Source of the DNA: Chrysemys picta bellii
Taxonomy: Eukaryota
Direction: 5' to 3'
Assembly (NCBI RefSeq): GCF_011386835.1
Contig: NC_088802.1
Coordinates: forward strand, 54,746,001 to 54,810,000
DNA length: 64,000 nt
A program made the position numbers and the translations under genes. The notes below the pieces were generated by a model. That model had not been told where the DNA came from and did no database searches. It saw only the letters and a program-made list of their open reading frames with translations. Of the stretch, positions 48,715 to 59,670 are shown piece after piece. Each line of letters opens with the position of its first letter. Positions within the stretch are counted from its first letter, which is position 1.

Positions 48715-48784
48715 CTGTGTAAGCTTGACAGCTTGTCTCTCTCTCACCAACAGAAGCTGGGCCAACAAAAGATATTACCTTCCC
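48715..48784 (-). mobile_element. Right arm of the inverted repeat
   Basis: Reverse complement gggaaggtaatatcttttgttggcccagcttctgttggtgagagagagacaagctgtcaagcttacacag matches the left arm at roughly three quarters of positions. Confidence 0.6.
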
Positions 48785-49227
48785 CTCCCTTGTCTCTCTC
48801 CTATCCTGGGCCCAACAGCTACACAACATTGCACCCCTCTTCTCAGGGACTGGACGGGGGTGTTGCCTTACCGGCCGGTAAAACAAGAGTCCCACATTCA
48901 CGACACGTGGCGGGGACAGGGGTGTAGTGGCTGCCCGGAGGCAGATTCCCAAGGCAAGGCCCAGAGCGGGCGAGGGCATCCCAGGGCGATAAGGCGGCGC
49001 CAGTCGCACACTTCAGAGGCTGGCTGCAGGCGTCACTGGAGGCGGGGGTAGGATGTCCGCTAGGCAGGAGCTCGCACTAGCCCAGCGCGATGGGCCGCGT
49101 TAAGGTCGAGGGAAGGGACCAGGCGCCGCGGTGACAGGCGCAGCAGATCGGCCGCCCCCGCAGAGCCCGTAGGGGACACCCCCCCTCCCGCATCGAGCCC
49201 AGATACCGAGCCCGGGGCGGCACCGAC

Positions 49228-49316
49228 CTGCCCTTGCGCGGCTGCCCCCGAGCACCGCGGCCCGAAGGACCCGGCGCCGCCCGGACCCCCCGCGGCGGCG
49301 GCGGCTGTTTGCCCAT
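49228..49316 (-). CDS. CCDC137: CCDC137 exon 1
   Basis: ATG at 49316 gives MGKQPPPPRGVRAAPGPSGRGARGQPRKG plus AG. The phase-2 donor CAG|GTCGGT matches the exon 2 phase. Total CDS 807 nt = 268 aa. Confidence 0.75.
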
Positions 49317-49548
49317 CGGGACTGAGAGCCACGTGCGCCTCCCAGTCCTCCTCGTGCCCGACTGCCCCCGCTTCCGGCTGACCCCGGAGCCCCGCCCCCT
49401 CCAATCCCCTTCTCCCATTGGCCCGCGTCCCCAGGGACCGCCCCCCTCCAACTATTGGTTCGCGCTGAGCGGAACCGATGTGGCTATTGGCTGAGGAAGC
49501 TGCTGGTTATGCGGAGCCGAGGCGGGTTGTCAGGGCGCCGCAGCCGGG
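49317..49548. promoter_or_regulatory. Bidirectional CpG-island promoter for CCDC137 and OXLD1
   Basis: Divergent ATGs ~230 bp apart; CCAAT at 49401, ATTGG at 49417, 49454 and 49486; GC boxes near 49391 and 49438; no TATA seen. Confidence 0.85.
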
Positions 49549-49623
49549 ATGTTACTACAGGGGGCGGCCTGGTGCGGCCGGGGCCTGGCGGGGCGGAGCA
49601 GCGCGGCCGGGGCCTGTCCCCAG
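49549..49623 (+). CDS. OXLD1: OXLD1 exon 1 (mitochondrial presequence-like)
   Basis: MLLQGAAWCGRGLAGRSSAAGACPQ is Arg/Ala/Gly-rich with no acidic residues (human starts MLLRRVV). Phase-0 donor CAG|GTGAGC. Confidence 0.8.
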
Positions 49624-49640
49624 GTGAGCACCGGGGCTGG

Positions 49641-50362
49641 TCCGGGGGCTGGGGTTAGAGCAGGGGGGCTGTATGGGGGAGGGGAAGGAGGCGGTTTGGG
49701 GGAGGAGGGTTGGAGCAGGGGGGATGTTGGGGGGCTGGGGTTAGAGCAGGAGGGCTGTATGGGGAGGGGGCTGTATGGGGGAGGGGAAGGAGGCTGGTTG
49801 GGGGGCTGGGGTTAGAGCAGGAGGGCTGTATGGGGAGGGGGCTGTATGGGGGAGGGGAAGGAGGCTGGTTGGGGGGCTGGGGTTAGAGCAGGAGGGCTGT
49901 ATGGGGAGGGGGCTGTATGGGGGAGGGGAAGGAGGCTGGTTGGGGGGCTGGGGTTAGAGCAGGAGGGCTGTATGGGGAGGGGGCTGTATGGGGGAGGGGA
50001 AGGAGGCTGGTTGGGGGGCTGGGGTTAGAGCAGGAGGGCTGTATGGGGAGGGGGCTGTATGGGGGAGGGGAAGGAGGCTGGTTGGGGGGCTGGGGTTAGA
50101 GCTGGGGGGCTGTATGGGGAGGGGGCTGTATGGGGGGAGGGGAAGGAGGCTGGTTGGGGGGCTGGGGTTAGAGCTGGGGGGCTGTATGGGGAGGGGGCTG
50201 TATGGGGGCAGGGGAAGGAGGCTGGTTGTGGGGCTGGGGTTAGAGCAGGAGGGCTGTATGGGGAGGAGGCTGTATGGGGGGAGGGGAAGGAGGCTGGTTG
50301 GGGGGCTGGGGTTAGAGCAGGGGGGCTGTATGAGGGGGAGGGGAAGGAGGCTGGTTGGGGAT
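49641..50362. repeat. G-rich minisatellite, 71 bp unit, about 10 copies (OXLD1 intron 1)
   Basis: Unit ggggctggggttagagcaggagggctgtatggggagggggctgtatgggggaggggaaggaggctggttgg; similar ORF starts recur every 71 bp (49775, 49846, 49917, 49988, 50059). Confidence 0.96.
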
Positions 50363-50648
50363 GGAGGGATCTCCTGCCTGTATTTGGACCCATCTCCTCC
50401 ATCCCCGATACGGAGTTATCGAGTGCACTTGGTGGACCGAATCCTGCTTTTCTCCCTGCACCCGAGCTGCTCCTGGGGCACTGTGAGGGAGGCTGTGAGC
50501 CTTGCGCACTGCTGGGCCCACCCCAGGGGCCACGTGGATAGTCCCATTGGCGCAGATGGCCATCAGAACGATGGACCAGACCCGGTTGTGCGGAGCCCTC
50601 GGCGTGTGACCGTTCGATATCTCTTGTAAGTTTGTTATTAATCGCCAG

Positions 50649-51128
50649 GTAAATCTACAACTCTTCAGGTGCACGGAGCGCTGGAGACTGCAGAGATGTG
50701 GGTTTCCTTTCTGGGACGGGCTCCCTCGCAGAGACCACCTAAAAAGCTGCTTCTGCAGCGTTCGGAGCTTTTCCGTGGACCTGACAAAAGCAGATTTTAG
50801 CCACCATCTAAGCCATTCGGACACCCGAGGAGATGGCTCTCAGACTGATCCCCAGCAGAGCGACGGAGAGCCCTGCGCTGCGGGGGGCTCAGAGCCTTTG
50901 AAAGACACAAAGCCCCCCTTTTCCAAGCACCCAACGCTGCTTCCCCCCACTAACTGCTGTATGAGTGGCTGCCACAACTGCGTTTGGATTGCATATGTAG
51001 AGGAGCTGCAGAAACACTACCAGGATGGGGGGGAACAGGCCTTAGCAGCTGTGGAAAAGCACATAGACGATGAGAACATTAAAATGATTTTAAAGATGGA
51101 AATCAGATTCCGCATGAAGAAAGACTGA
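50649..51128 (+). CDS. OXLD1: OXLD1 exon 2 (oxidoreductase-like domain)
   Basis: Contains [22 protein letters not shown]...[30 protein letters not shown], as in human [15 protein letters not shown]. Stop at 51126-51128 is firm. The 5' boundary (cgccag at 50648, phase 0, open frame) is inferred. Confidence 0.85.
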   Translation, partial: VNLQLFRCTERWRLQRCGFPFWDGLPRRDHLKSCFCSVRSFSVDLTKADFSHHLSHSDTRGDGSQTDPQQSDGEPCAAGGSEPLKDTKPPFSKHPTLLPPTNCCMSGCHNCVWIAYVEELQKHYQDGGEQALAAVEKHIDDENIKMILKMEIRFRMKKD

Positions 51129-51353
51129 TGCTCACAGCCTGCACTGCATGGCTCCTCTTCTCCCATGGCACTACAAACTCCAGAGAGCGGGCGAGCCAAG
51201 ATTTATTTATTGTCCCTTCTCCAAAAAGGCTCCTCATTTAACATCGTTTGTCCATCTCCTTTTAAGCTTGAGAACCCAGTTTGACGACCAGTTGGTAAAG
51301 GGTTGCCATTATTTATTGGTATGAGTTACAGTACTTGGCGGAAATTCGGTGAG

Positions 51354-51359
51354 AATAAA
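51354..51359 (+). terminator. Candidate OXLD1 polyA signal
   Basis: AATAAA ~225 nt after the stop; the UTR also has TTATTTATT at 51203-51211. Confidence 0.55.
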
Positions 51360-52968
51360 TTCATACCCGTGTGCTTAAAAATGGGAACCTCTTCTAGGCC
51401 TGCCTCTCTGTTCTGGGCTTGTGCAACGCCTACCGTGACGGGGCCCTGGCCCGTGACTTGGGCTCCTAGCTGCTGCTACTTCACGTTTTGTCTCACGCTT
51501 ACTCCAGTGGAGTCGCTCCTGACGCACACTGCTTTAATAGCGTTTGTTTAACATCTGGACCGGCTGCCCCCACTTCCGGCTGATCCCGGAGCCCCGCCCC
51601 CTCCCCAAAGGGGACTAAGAATTCAGCACCCAAATCCCACATTCTCTGGGCGTTTAAGTCCCTTAGCCCTCTTTAAAACCCCTGCTGTAGACTAGATAAA
51701 TAGTCCTCTCTCCCCCCTGATGCACGGCCAGCTGGGCTCCCCTCCGGATCCTCAGCACTGCTTCCTCACCCAGCGGCTTGGTGGCTGGAGGTGAAGAGCC
51801 TAGTGCATAACCGCCGATTCCCTGGGAGCCCTTTAGAACCACCCTGTTTGCTGCGTCTTTCTACACTTGTTAGAGGCTTCAGCATGTTGTAAGCACTTGT
51901 TGTTGAGGCTTTCTGGCATGTCGGCCTCTCAGATGGGGTTGGCTGCCAGAGCCCAGTGTTTCTTCTCAGAGGAGGCCTCGCTGGGGTTTGTAACCTGTCC
52001 CATCCTCCTCCTGAGGAAATGGTTTTTCCTGTGGGCCAGTGGGATTTGCTGGCCCACTGGGCTCAGAGGTGACTGTATTCAGCGTGGGTCCCTGTCCTTG
52101 TACAAGGGGGTTTCAGCAGCTACCAAGCAATGGCACCAGCCTTCTGCCATGCTGCTCGTTCTGGTTAACCCTTGATGGCTGCAACTGACTTTTGGCACCC
52201 CAGCCTAGTCGGGGCAAAGTCCCCAGTCCGGGCGGTGAGTGCGTGGATTTTATCTGCATCTTGGATGGATGAAGTGTGTACGTTAGACCATTGACTGCAG
52301 ATGGGATAAACTGCAAGGAGAAAACTGGATCTGCTCATGTTAGCAACAGGGCAGAACCTTGCTAAGCCTCACTAAACCTGAGGCCCTTTGTATCCCTTCG
52401 CAGCAAAGATTTAATACCGGCGCTCTAGCGCGGCCGCCTGAGCCTGCACTGATGATCTAGTCTGCACTCTGCCAGGCTTGCTAGCGCTTAGTAAAGGGAA
52501 GCTACACTGGTCCACACACGATTAAAACCCTGTTCACCAGGCAGTGCCCTCACTTTGTTGTCTCTTTAGTGAGTTTGCTCCCTCACCTGTTACTTTGCAG
52601 CTGGTTGTGAGAATGGGGGAGGTTCCCTCCTGTGAAGAAACAGCAACTGGGGTTTCTCTTCTCTTCCTGGAGGGGAGAGGGAACTCCTTCTGCGGAGGTG
52701 GCTGTGTCCATCCCACCCTCTTCTGGTCAGACATTCTCACTGCAGTAGAACCAGGGGGCAGAGTGTATAAATCAGCGGCTGATTGTGGGTCCCCTTTCAG
52801 TTCTGTAAGGGGGTGATAGATCCCTAGTGACACTTTGGACCTGGAGATCTCCCCCCAAAACATCTCAGTTGAGTCCAGTGCACTGAACAGCCTGGCTTAG
52901 CTCTGAATTGTGAGATGAGAACGTAACATTTATTTCCCTGGGCTGGAGGTTTCCTTGCTTGTTAGAGA

Positions 52969-53863
52969 GATAAGAACAGCCGTACTGGGTCAGACCAAAG
53001 GTCCATCTAGCCCAGTATCCTTCTACCGACAGTGGCCAATGCCGGGTGCCCCTGAGGGAGTGAACAGGACAGGTAATGATCAAGTGATCTCTCTCCTGCC
53101 ATCCATCTCCACCCTCTGACAAACAGTCTAGGGATACCCTTCCTTACCCATCCTGGCTAATAGCCATTAATGGACCTAACCTCCATGAATTTAACCGGTT
53201 CTCTTTTAAACCCTGTTATAGTCCTAGCCTTCACAGCCTCCTCAGGCAAGGAGTTCCACAAGTTGACTGTGCGCTGTGTGAAGAACTTCCTTGTATTGGT
53301 TTTAAACCTGCTGCCTGTTAATTTCATTTGGTGACCCCTAGTTCTTGTATTATGGGAATAAGTAAATAACTTTTCCTTATCTACTTTCTCCACATCACTC
53401 ATAATTTTATATACCTCTATCATATCCCCCTTAGTCTCCTCTTTTCCAAGCTGAAAAGTCCTAGCCTCTTTAATCTCTCCTCATATGGAACCCTTTCCAA
53501 ACCCCTAATCATTTTAGTTGCCCTTTTCTGAACCTTTTCTGGTGCCAGTATATCTTTTTTGAGATGAGGAGACCACATCTGTACGCAGTATTCGAGATGT
53601 GGGCGTACCATCAATTTATATAAGGGCAATAAGATATTCTCCCTCTTATTCTCTATCCCCTTTTTAATGATTCCTAACATCCTGTTTGCTTTTTTTGACC
53701 GCCTCTGCACACTGCGCGGACATCTTCAGAGAACTATCCACGATGACTCCAAGATCTTTTTCCTGATTCGTTGTAGCTAAATTAGCCCCCATCATATTGT
53801 ATGTATAGTTGGGGTTATTTTTTCCAATGTGCATGACTTGACATTTAGCCACATTACATTTCA
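52969..53863 (-). mobile_element. 5'-truncated CR1 LINE (~0.9 kb; ORF2 C-terminus with frameshifts plus 3' UTR)
   Basis: Minus-strand ORF pieces KCQVMHIGKNNPNYTY, VRPHLEYCVQMWSPHLKKDI...RLKRLGLFSLEKRRLRG and MIEVYKIM...TRGHQMKL...NLWNSLP are classic CR1 ORF2; the 3' tail lies near 52969. Confidence 0.96.
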
Positions 53864-54959
53864 ATAAACAGCAAAAGGCAACTTGGGGGATTTTACAATC
53901 AAAACTGCAGCTGAGTGCAGAGCTGGAGTGCCGGCCTTTGCCGAATAGGGGCTTGCAGCCGTGCGATGGGATGTCGGGCTCTCTCACCAAGAGCAGGGGT
54001 AATCCGCGTTTGCATGGGGGACCTGCAGTGAAAACCCAGGTAGTGTCAGAGGTCAGTGCTGGGCCGTTGCCCCAGTGTGGTGCTAGGGGGCTCTGTGCTG
54101 CTGCGGGTGCAGGTTTTTGAAGTGGGATCTAAAACCAGCCTGCTGACCGCTCAGGTTGGTAAAGGTCTTAGGTCAGTGTGTGATTTTTAGCTGGGGAGTC
54201 CCGCTCCGATTGAACAATTGCCTGCTGCCTCCTTAAATCCACCCTGTGGCTTCCACTGCATACAGAGACTTCGCTGTCTCCTCTGAGACTGGTTCGCTGG
54301 CAAATGGCTGTGGTGCTCCTCCCCTAGATGTGGCTGCATTTCCGGGATTTGTGCATCTGTGAAGGGAACGCGCACTGTATGAATGGAGGAGGATGGTGGA
54401 GAGTCTGTTCCCTGCCTCCGGGAGGCATAGCCTGGCATGCAAGGGGCATGGGTGGCTTTGAAGCTACATTTGTGCCTCGGGGCTGCTGTGGTGGTCAAAA
54501 TGGCGCAGGCATAAATAAGAGCAGCTGCAGGGCTGCTCTATTTTGCAGCACCTTCCAAGAGCTGCCTAGTGGCTGCTGTGCCACCTGGTGCAGCACAGAA
54601 GCTCTGTAGTGGCATGTGCTGTGGAGCCCCACCTCCTGTACCACTCCTGGCAGGGCAGCTGCCCCAGAGCTGCCTGGGGTGGTGCAGTGCTTTGCACCGA
54701 TAGAATTTCCTGCCGCACCTGGCCCCACGGATCTGCTCCCCCTCCACATGCACCCTGGAGTGCTGTAGAGGGGCTGCGGAGGAATCTGTTCCACATTCTT
54801 GGTGCTAAATGCCAGCATTTTCCTCCCATTTGCTAAGGGGTCTGTGTCAGAAAGCACCAGCCCCCCTACAGCTCTGCCCGCCAGAGCAGTGCCCTTGCTG
54901 CGCTTGGCTGCAGAGTCTGAGATTCTTAATGAAGTCTTGACGGAAACCAACCCCCCCCC

Positions 54960-55470
54960 AGCTGCTGAATCTGGCTAATGAAGTCGGGTGCCGCGAAGAC
55001 CTGCTAGCTGTTTAGCAGTGTGCACTCCTAAAACTCAAGATGGGGTCCTTGTCTTCATCAGAAAAGTAACCAGTTCAGCTGGGGTCCTTAAAACAGTCCT
55101 GGATTCGCATAATCCTATTGGCTGAAGCCTGACTAATTGTAATTAGTGGAAGGGCCTGAAGCTCAATTAAAGTGTACTGAGATTATGCCTTTTTATAATT
55201 GCTTTAGTGCCAGGGGATTAGCTTTGGAATGATACTCATCCAGCAGACAAACTGGGGCTTCCACAGGAAACCTGGGCCAAGAAATTGAGCAGGGATCAGA
55301 AGAAGTACTTTTTTTTTTTTTTAATACTTGATAGTCAGTTGACCCCTAGGACTCCCTGTCACAGATATTTATTGTCAAGTGGGGCCAACACCTTAGCAGT
55401 GGTCAGAAAAGGATTAGACAGTCCTATGGAGAATGGGGAACATCTGCCGTGACAGTAGATGGGATTAAAA
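54960..55470. promoter_or_regulatory. Candidate photoreceptor enhancer upstream of PDE6G (CRX/OTX and Q50 homeobox cluster)
   Basis: TAATCC 55110, CTAATTG 55133, TAATTAG 55140, AGATTA 55180, GGATTAG 55215 and 55411, GGATTA 55462, TGCTGA 54963. Confidence 0.55.
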
Positions 55471-55499
55471 TAGGGAAGGGATAACCACTCTCATGCTTC

Positions 55500-55625
55500 A
55501 CTACTCGGGGATAGGAAGAAACTTCCCCAGTGGACAGATAAGGAATAACCTGCCCATTATGTAGCCTCTTGTGCCATCCTCTGAAGCACCCTAGCAGTGG
55601 CCACGAGGACCCTTTCTTCTGCCCC
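55500..55625 (+). mobile_element. Old CR1 3' UTR remnant
   Basis: ggaagaaacttcccc...tcctctgaagcacc...tggccac resembles CR1 3' UTRs. Confidence 0.4.
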
Positions 55626-56825
55626 ACTCTGGCAATTCCTAGGGTTCTAAGAATACCAAACAGCAAATGACCCAGCAGTAACGCCCGCCCCTTGCATTAG
55701 TACCCAAGGCCAGCATTTGCAAAGGTAGGCACCTGAATCCATGCTTGGTTGCTAAGTAACTAGTCTGATTTTTCCAAGTGGCTCGGGGCCCTGTGGCTTC
55801 CATTGATTTCATCGGCACAGGAGGGGTTCTTACAGCTTTGCTAGCCTCGGCCAGGAGGATGCTGTCAGATGAGGTAGCATGCCAGAGTCCCAGGCCCTTG
55901 GTGACCTCACTGCTTTTCAAGATCGAACAGCAGCTTGGGATCCATATGGGCTGAATCTGGGGCCCATCCCTCGTTATCATGGGGTTTCCTGTCTCATAAG
56001 AACCTCGGGGAAGGGACTTCGTCTCCTGGTTTGTTTGTCACACGTTAATTGCACTATATCTGCTATTAATGAATATCTTTGCTCCGCTTGTGTGCTCCTT
56101 GGACTGTCTGATGAATACACGTGCATGCAGCACCTAGCGCAATGGGCCAGGATCCATGGGTGGGCCCTCTAACCATAGGGCAATACACATAATGAGTCAG
56201 AAGGGAAATGTCATGTGCCCATAGGCCGAGCTTGGTGAACACTGCAAAGATCTGGGCCCACTTTCTGAGCCCCATTGCAGTCGCTTTGCACGGTCTTCTA
56301 GCAAATGTGGTTCATGGCAGGGGCGTTCTGAGAATCGGCCCATTTGACCCCAATATTGCAGATTTGTGCAAAGCACATTTTAAATTGGCAGCTGGAACAG
56401 CAGGTTCTGAAAGGGCCAGTCGAGGATCCTGCGCTCAGTCTAGCTCTGCTGTCTGGGATATTTGTGACGGCCGAGTTGCAGGCTGAAGTCTGCTCATGAG
56501 AACTCCCGGGTCGTTGATTGCCAGCCAGGGATCTCCCAACAACAAGCTTCTAAACTGAAGGGGAGGCAAAATCCAGCCGATAAATTATTTGCTAGGAATT
56601 GTTCTACCCCAAACACACCACCCACTGAAATACTGCGCAGAGCCAGAGAGACGAGCAAATGCCCCTCTGGGACAATAAAATACACAGTCAAACGGGCGGG
56701 AGCGGACAGTGTGTAACGATAGCATTACCCCAATGCCCTCTCTCTCACCCACATGCTCCTCTCCTCCACCCCGACCGATGTACATACCATTAGAAATGAG
56801 ATCAGCTTACCCATTTCTAAAGGAA

Positions 56826-56984
56826 GGGTCATAATCCTATTAGCCAGGAGCAGAATAAACCCACCCGCCTGCAAGAACCATCCAGAGTGTCGTCTATAGG
56901 ACACGGATCCATCGCGGAGTGTCAGAGGTGGCTGGGGCTAGTGCCAGCCCAGTGCAGCTGGCCCTGTGAAACAGCTGCAGCAGG
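56826..56984 (+). promoter_or_regulatory. PDE6G: Candidate PDE6G proximal promoter and non-coding exon 1
   Basis: GGGTCA (56826-56831) abuts TAATCC (56832-56837); an AT-rich gaataaa lies near 56853; strong donor CAGG|GTAAGT at 56985. Mammalian PDE6G has a non-coding first exon. Confidence 0.55.
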
Positions 56985-58789
56985 GTAAGTAATCCCCACT
57001 GCTTTCAATACACCGAGTGTAGCTGTTCTTCAGCGTCTTACGTAAGGGGCCTGTGCTCCAGCCTTCGTCTCGCTCACGTCCCTGTCTCGGTCTACTTCTG
57101 CCACCTGCGTGAGACTGTACTTCCTTTCCTTGGTCTTTAAAATCCTACTCGGTCCCTCCGCTGTGCTCTGAGGGGCGAAGGGGGTCATTACTCTAGGCCG
57201 TGGGGCCGTTAGCCGATGTGGGGCGGATTCGAATCTTATCAGACTGTTGGCATGAACTGGTCCAAGATAGCTAGTCTGGACAGGCACCGAAGAACCAAAC
57301 TAGATAATAGCTGGGGTGCTCCAAGTTGTCCTCGTACTTCCAGCCTGCTGAAGGAGCCGCCGAGTGCCCGTAGCAAACCTCTGGGCAGCTCGGTCCGTTT
57401 CCAAAGGCTCAGGACTGGAGTTGGTCACGATGGGTGAATTTTCAAAGAAAAACTTTACAACATGAATTTTATGGGATTCTTTTTAACTGGAATGTTTTGG
57501 GTTTTTGCTCTTTCCCCTTTTCCAGTTGCGAAGTGGGGTGGGTGGATCCTGGAAATGGCGCTGGGGGGAGGGGGGTGTCATAGAAAATTTCAGAGAGAAG
57601 GGAAATGTTCCTTTTGCAAAAAGGCTGGTTTTGTTGAAAACTGTTTTGAAAGGGAGAGTGGTGACCGGCCACTCAGATTGGTGCTGCTCTGGGGATTTGC
57701 AGAGGAGGCAGGATACACAAATCTGTCCAGTTGTTGTTTGCAGGAGTTTTTTCCTCTGGCTTGCTGTGGATTAGGTGCTGAGGGCCTGCTCCAAAGCCCC
57801 TGAGCTGAGGGCAAGACTCCCACTGCCTTCAGTGGCTGGGGATCAGTCCCCAAATGTTTCTGAGACACTAGTTAAACTAAAGCCTTACTAGAGAGGGGAC
57901 CTGCAACAGCTGCTGACCCTGGTCCCGATCCTCCAAACAGGCACGTGTTGCCCTATTGCCCGGGAGACTGCTTAATAGATTACACCTATGCTTAACTTTA
58001 TTATTTGCATTGCAATAGCACCTAGCGGCCCTTGGCCAGATCAGAGCCCCGGTGAGCTAGGGGCCGCACAGCACACGCAGCTTAGTCTGAATGCGCCAGC
58101 CAGCCAGCGGGGTAGAGAGCACGGTGAAGTGACGTAATCAAGATATGGCAAAGGCAAGGCTAGAATCCAAGTCTCCTGACTCGCAGCCCCAGGTCCCTTT
58201 CCAGCCTGGCAGACCAGCCCAGCCCCGCACTGAGGCGTTGGTAACGGAAGGGAATGCCCCTGATTACAGAACACCGAGTGGGGTGAAGGGGATGCTTTGC
58301 CGTTGGAGAAGCCGGGAGGACAGTCTTTCGAAGGGGCAGCGTTTGGGAACGGCACAGGTGGCTGTGTCGGGGATCACTGAAATCCCTCCCAGGTAAGGGG
58401 CTGTATAACCGCACTCGCTGTTGAAGACCCAAGCTTCATTGGAGGCACCTCCTAACTCTCATCATTTATCCACCAGAAATAAACCGTAGGGGCTAGACGC
58501 TGGCCTCTCGATGCCCAGGGGCTAGTAGGCTATTGAGTAGCCGGGGAGGGCTGCTTGCGGGGTAGCATACTAGCCCACAGGCTTTGGGAGACCAGCATCT
58601 GGCCTTTAAAAACCCATTTCTCCTTTCACAAGTTATAGATATGCCTTGCTACATCGCCTGTGGTTTTACTGGGGAGTGACTGGAACGGGCGATGCTTTGC
58701 TTGGTTCGCCCCGGAACGGAGACGTTTCTTGGGGACAGGAGACTGACACTGCTGCAGAAACCATTAGAAACAACGGAGTGATAGTAATT

Positions 58790-59045
58790 TACCAACCCCG
58801 AGCATTCAAGAAACCATGAGTCAGCGCCCTCCCCTCTCCAGAAAATACAAGATTGGCTTAAAAAAAAATCATGAGAGGGTTTTTTCCATTATTTCTCTGG
58901 TCTCTAGGGTTTGTGTTCCATATGCCACTGCTAGAAAATTACTACGCTGAAATCCCTGCGTAATGGCATGATGCAGGGGGCCTGGGGCTTTAAGAAAAAC
59001 ACCAGCTCTGAGACTTGTGATAAAATCATGAGAACTGGCAACCTG
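58790..59045. mobile_element. Degenerate non-autonomous DNA transposon (hAT-like MITE)
   Basis: Recurrent aaatcatgag motifs and the end ggggctttaagaaaaacacc...gataaaatcatgagaactggcaac resemble a turtle MITE as I remember it. Confidence 0.5.
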
Positions 59046-59399
59046 CAGGCGAGTTTGGGTTCCCAGGTACAATCAGGCCGGACGCTAAGGCCGGAGGAGA
59101 AGTCATGGATGCTGCACTCCCCTCAGTTATTCCGGTCTCGTGTTTCACAGGAACTAATAGTGAAAGCGCTGTGTCCCCCCCAGCTACTGGTAAAAGAACA
59201 GCATTAAGGCTGGCGAGAGGAGGGATCCATCTACGCCAGTGGCCAGACCCAGCTTTTTCAGAACATTTCCCCCCCCCCCCGCCCCCAGGCAATTCTAGGA
59301 TAACATTTCCACCTACTCGTTTCAAAGGTCAGTTCATGGCCTGAACCATGAAGGGCTAGGGCCCTTCCAAACTTTGGGTAGGGGGGAGGTTGTGTTTAA

Positions 59400-59670
59400 C
59401 TCATGGATGTTTTCATTACCCATAGAAGTGTTCAGCCTTTCTGTGGGTCCAGCTAAACTTGTGGCCTCAGTGGTCTTGTGGCAATGAGTTCTGCAGGATA
59501 ACTGGGCCCTGTGTAAACTTTTTCCTCATATTGGTTTTAAATCTGCTGCTTGTCACTGATTGAGTGGCCTTTTCTTGTGCTCTGAAGGATACACTGAAAT
59601 CACCTATCTGCCTTCTCTCTCCAGTCATTCTGTTGTATTCTTTCATCGTGTCCCTTTATATTTATCTCCT
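59400..59670 (-). mobile_element. Old CR1 fragment (end of ORF2)
   Basis: ttgtggcaatgagttctgcagg...ctgtgtaaactttttcctcatattggttttaaatctgctgc parallels the younger CR1 at 53250-53330. Confidence 0.65.

Noticed and set aside
49553-49566. ACTACA as a ZNF143 site
   Set aside because: Lacks the downstream TCCC half and lies inside the OXLD1 CDS.
49775-50629. Repeating Gly-rich ORFs up to 213 aa
   Set aside because: Translation of the 71 bp minisatellite in OXLD1 intron 1.
50467-50631. Possible poison cassette exon in OXLD1 (donor GTAAGT at 50626, stop at 50539-50541)
   Set aside because: Weak GAG acceptor, and the donor is only ~22 nt from the main downstream acceptor, too short for an intron.
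50661-50669. ctcttcag as the OXLD1 exon 2 acceptor
   Set aside because: Better pyrimidine tract, but it needs phase 2 while exon 1 ends in phase 0. The acceptor at 50648 keeps frame; RNA-seq would settle it.
53157-53990. CR1 ORF2 pieces as an active retroelement
   Set aside because: 5'-truncated, frameshifted, and lacking ORF1, endonuclease and the RT core.
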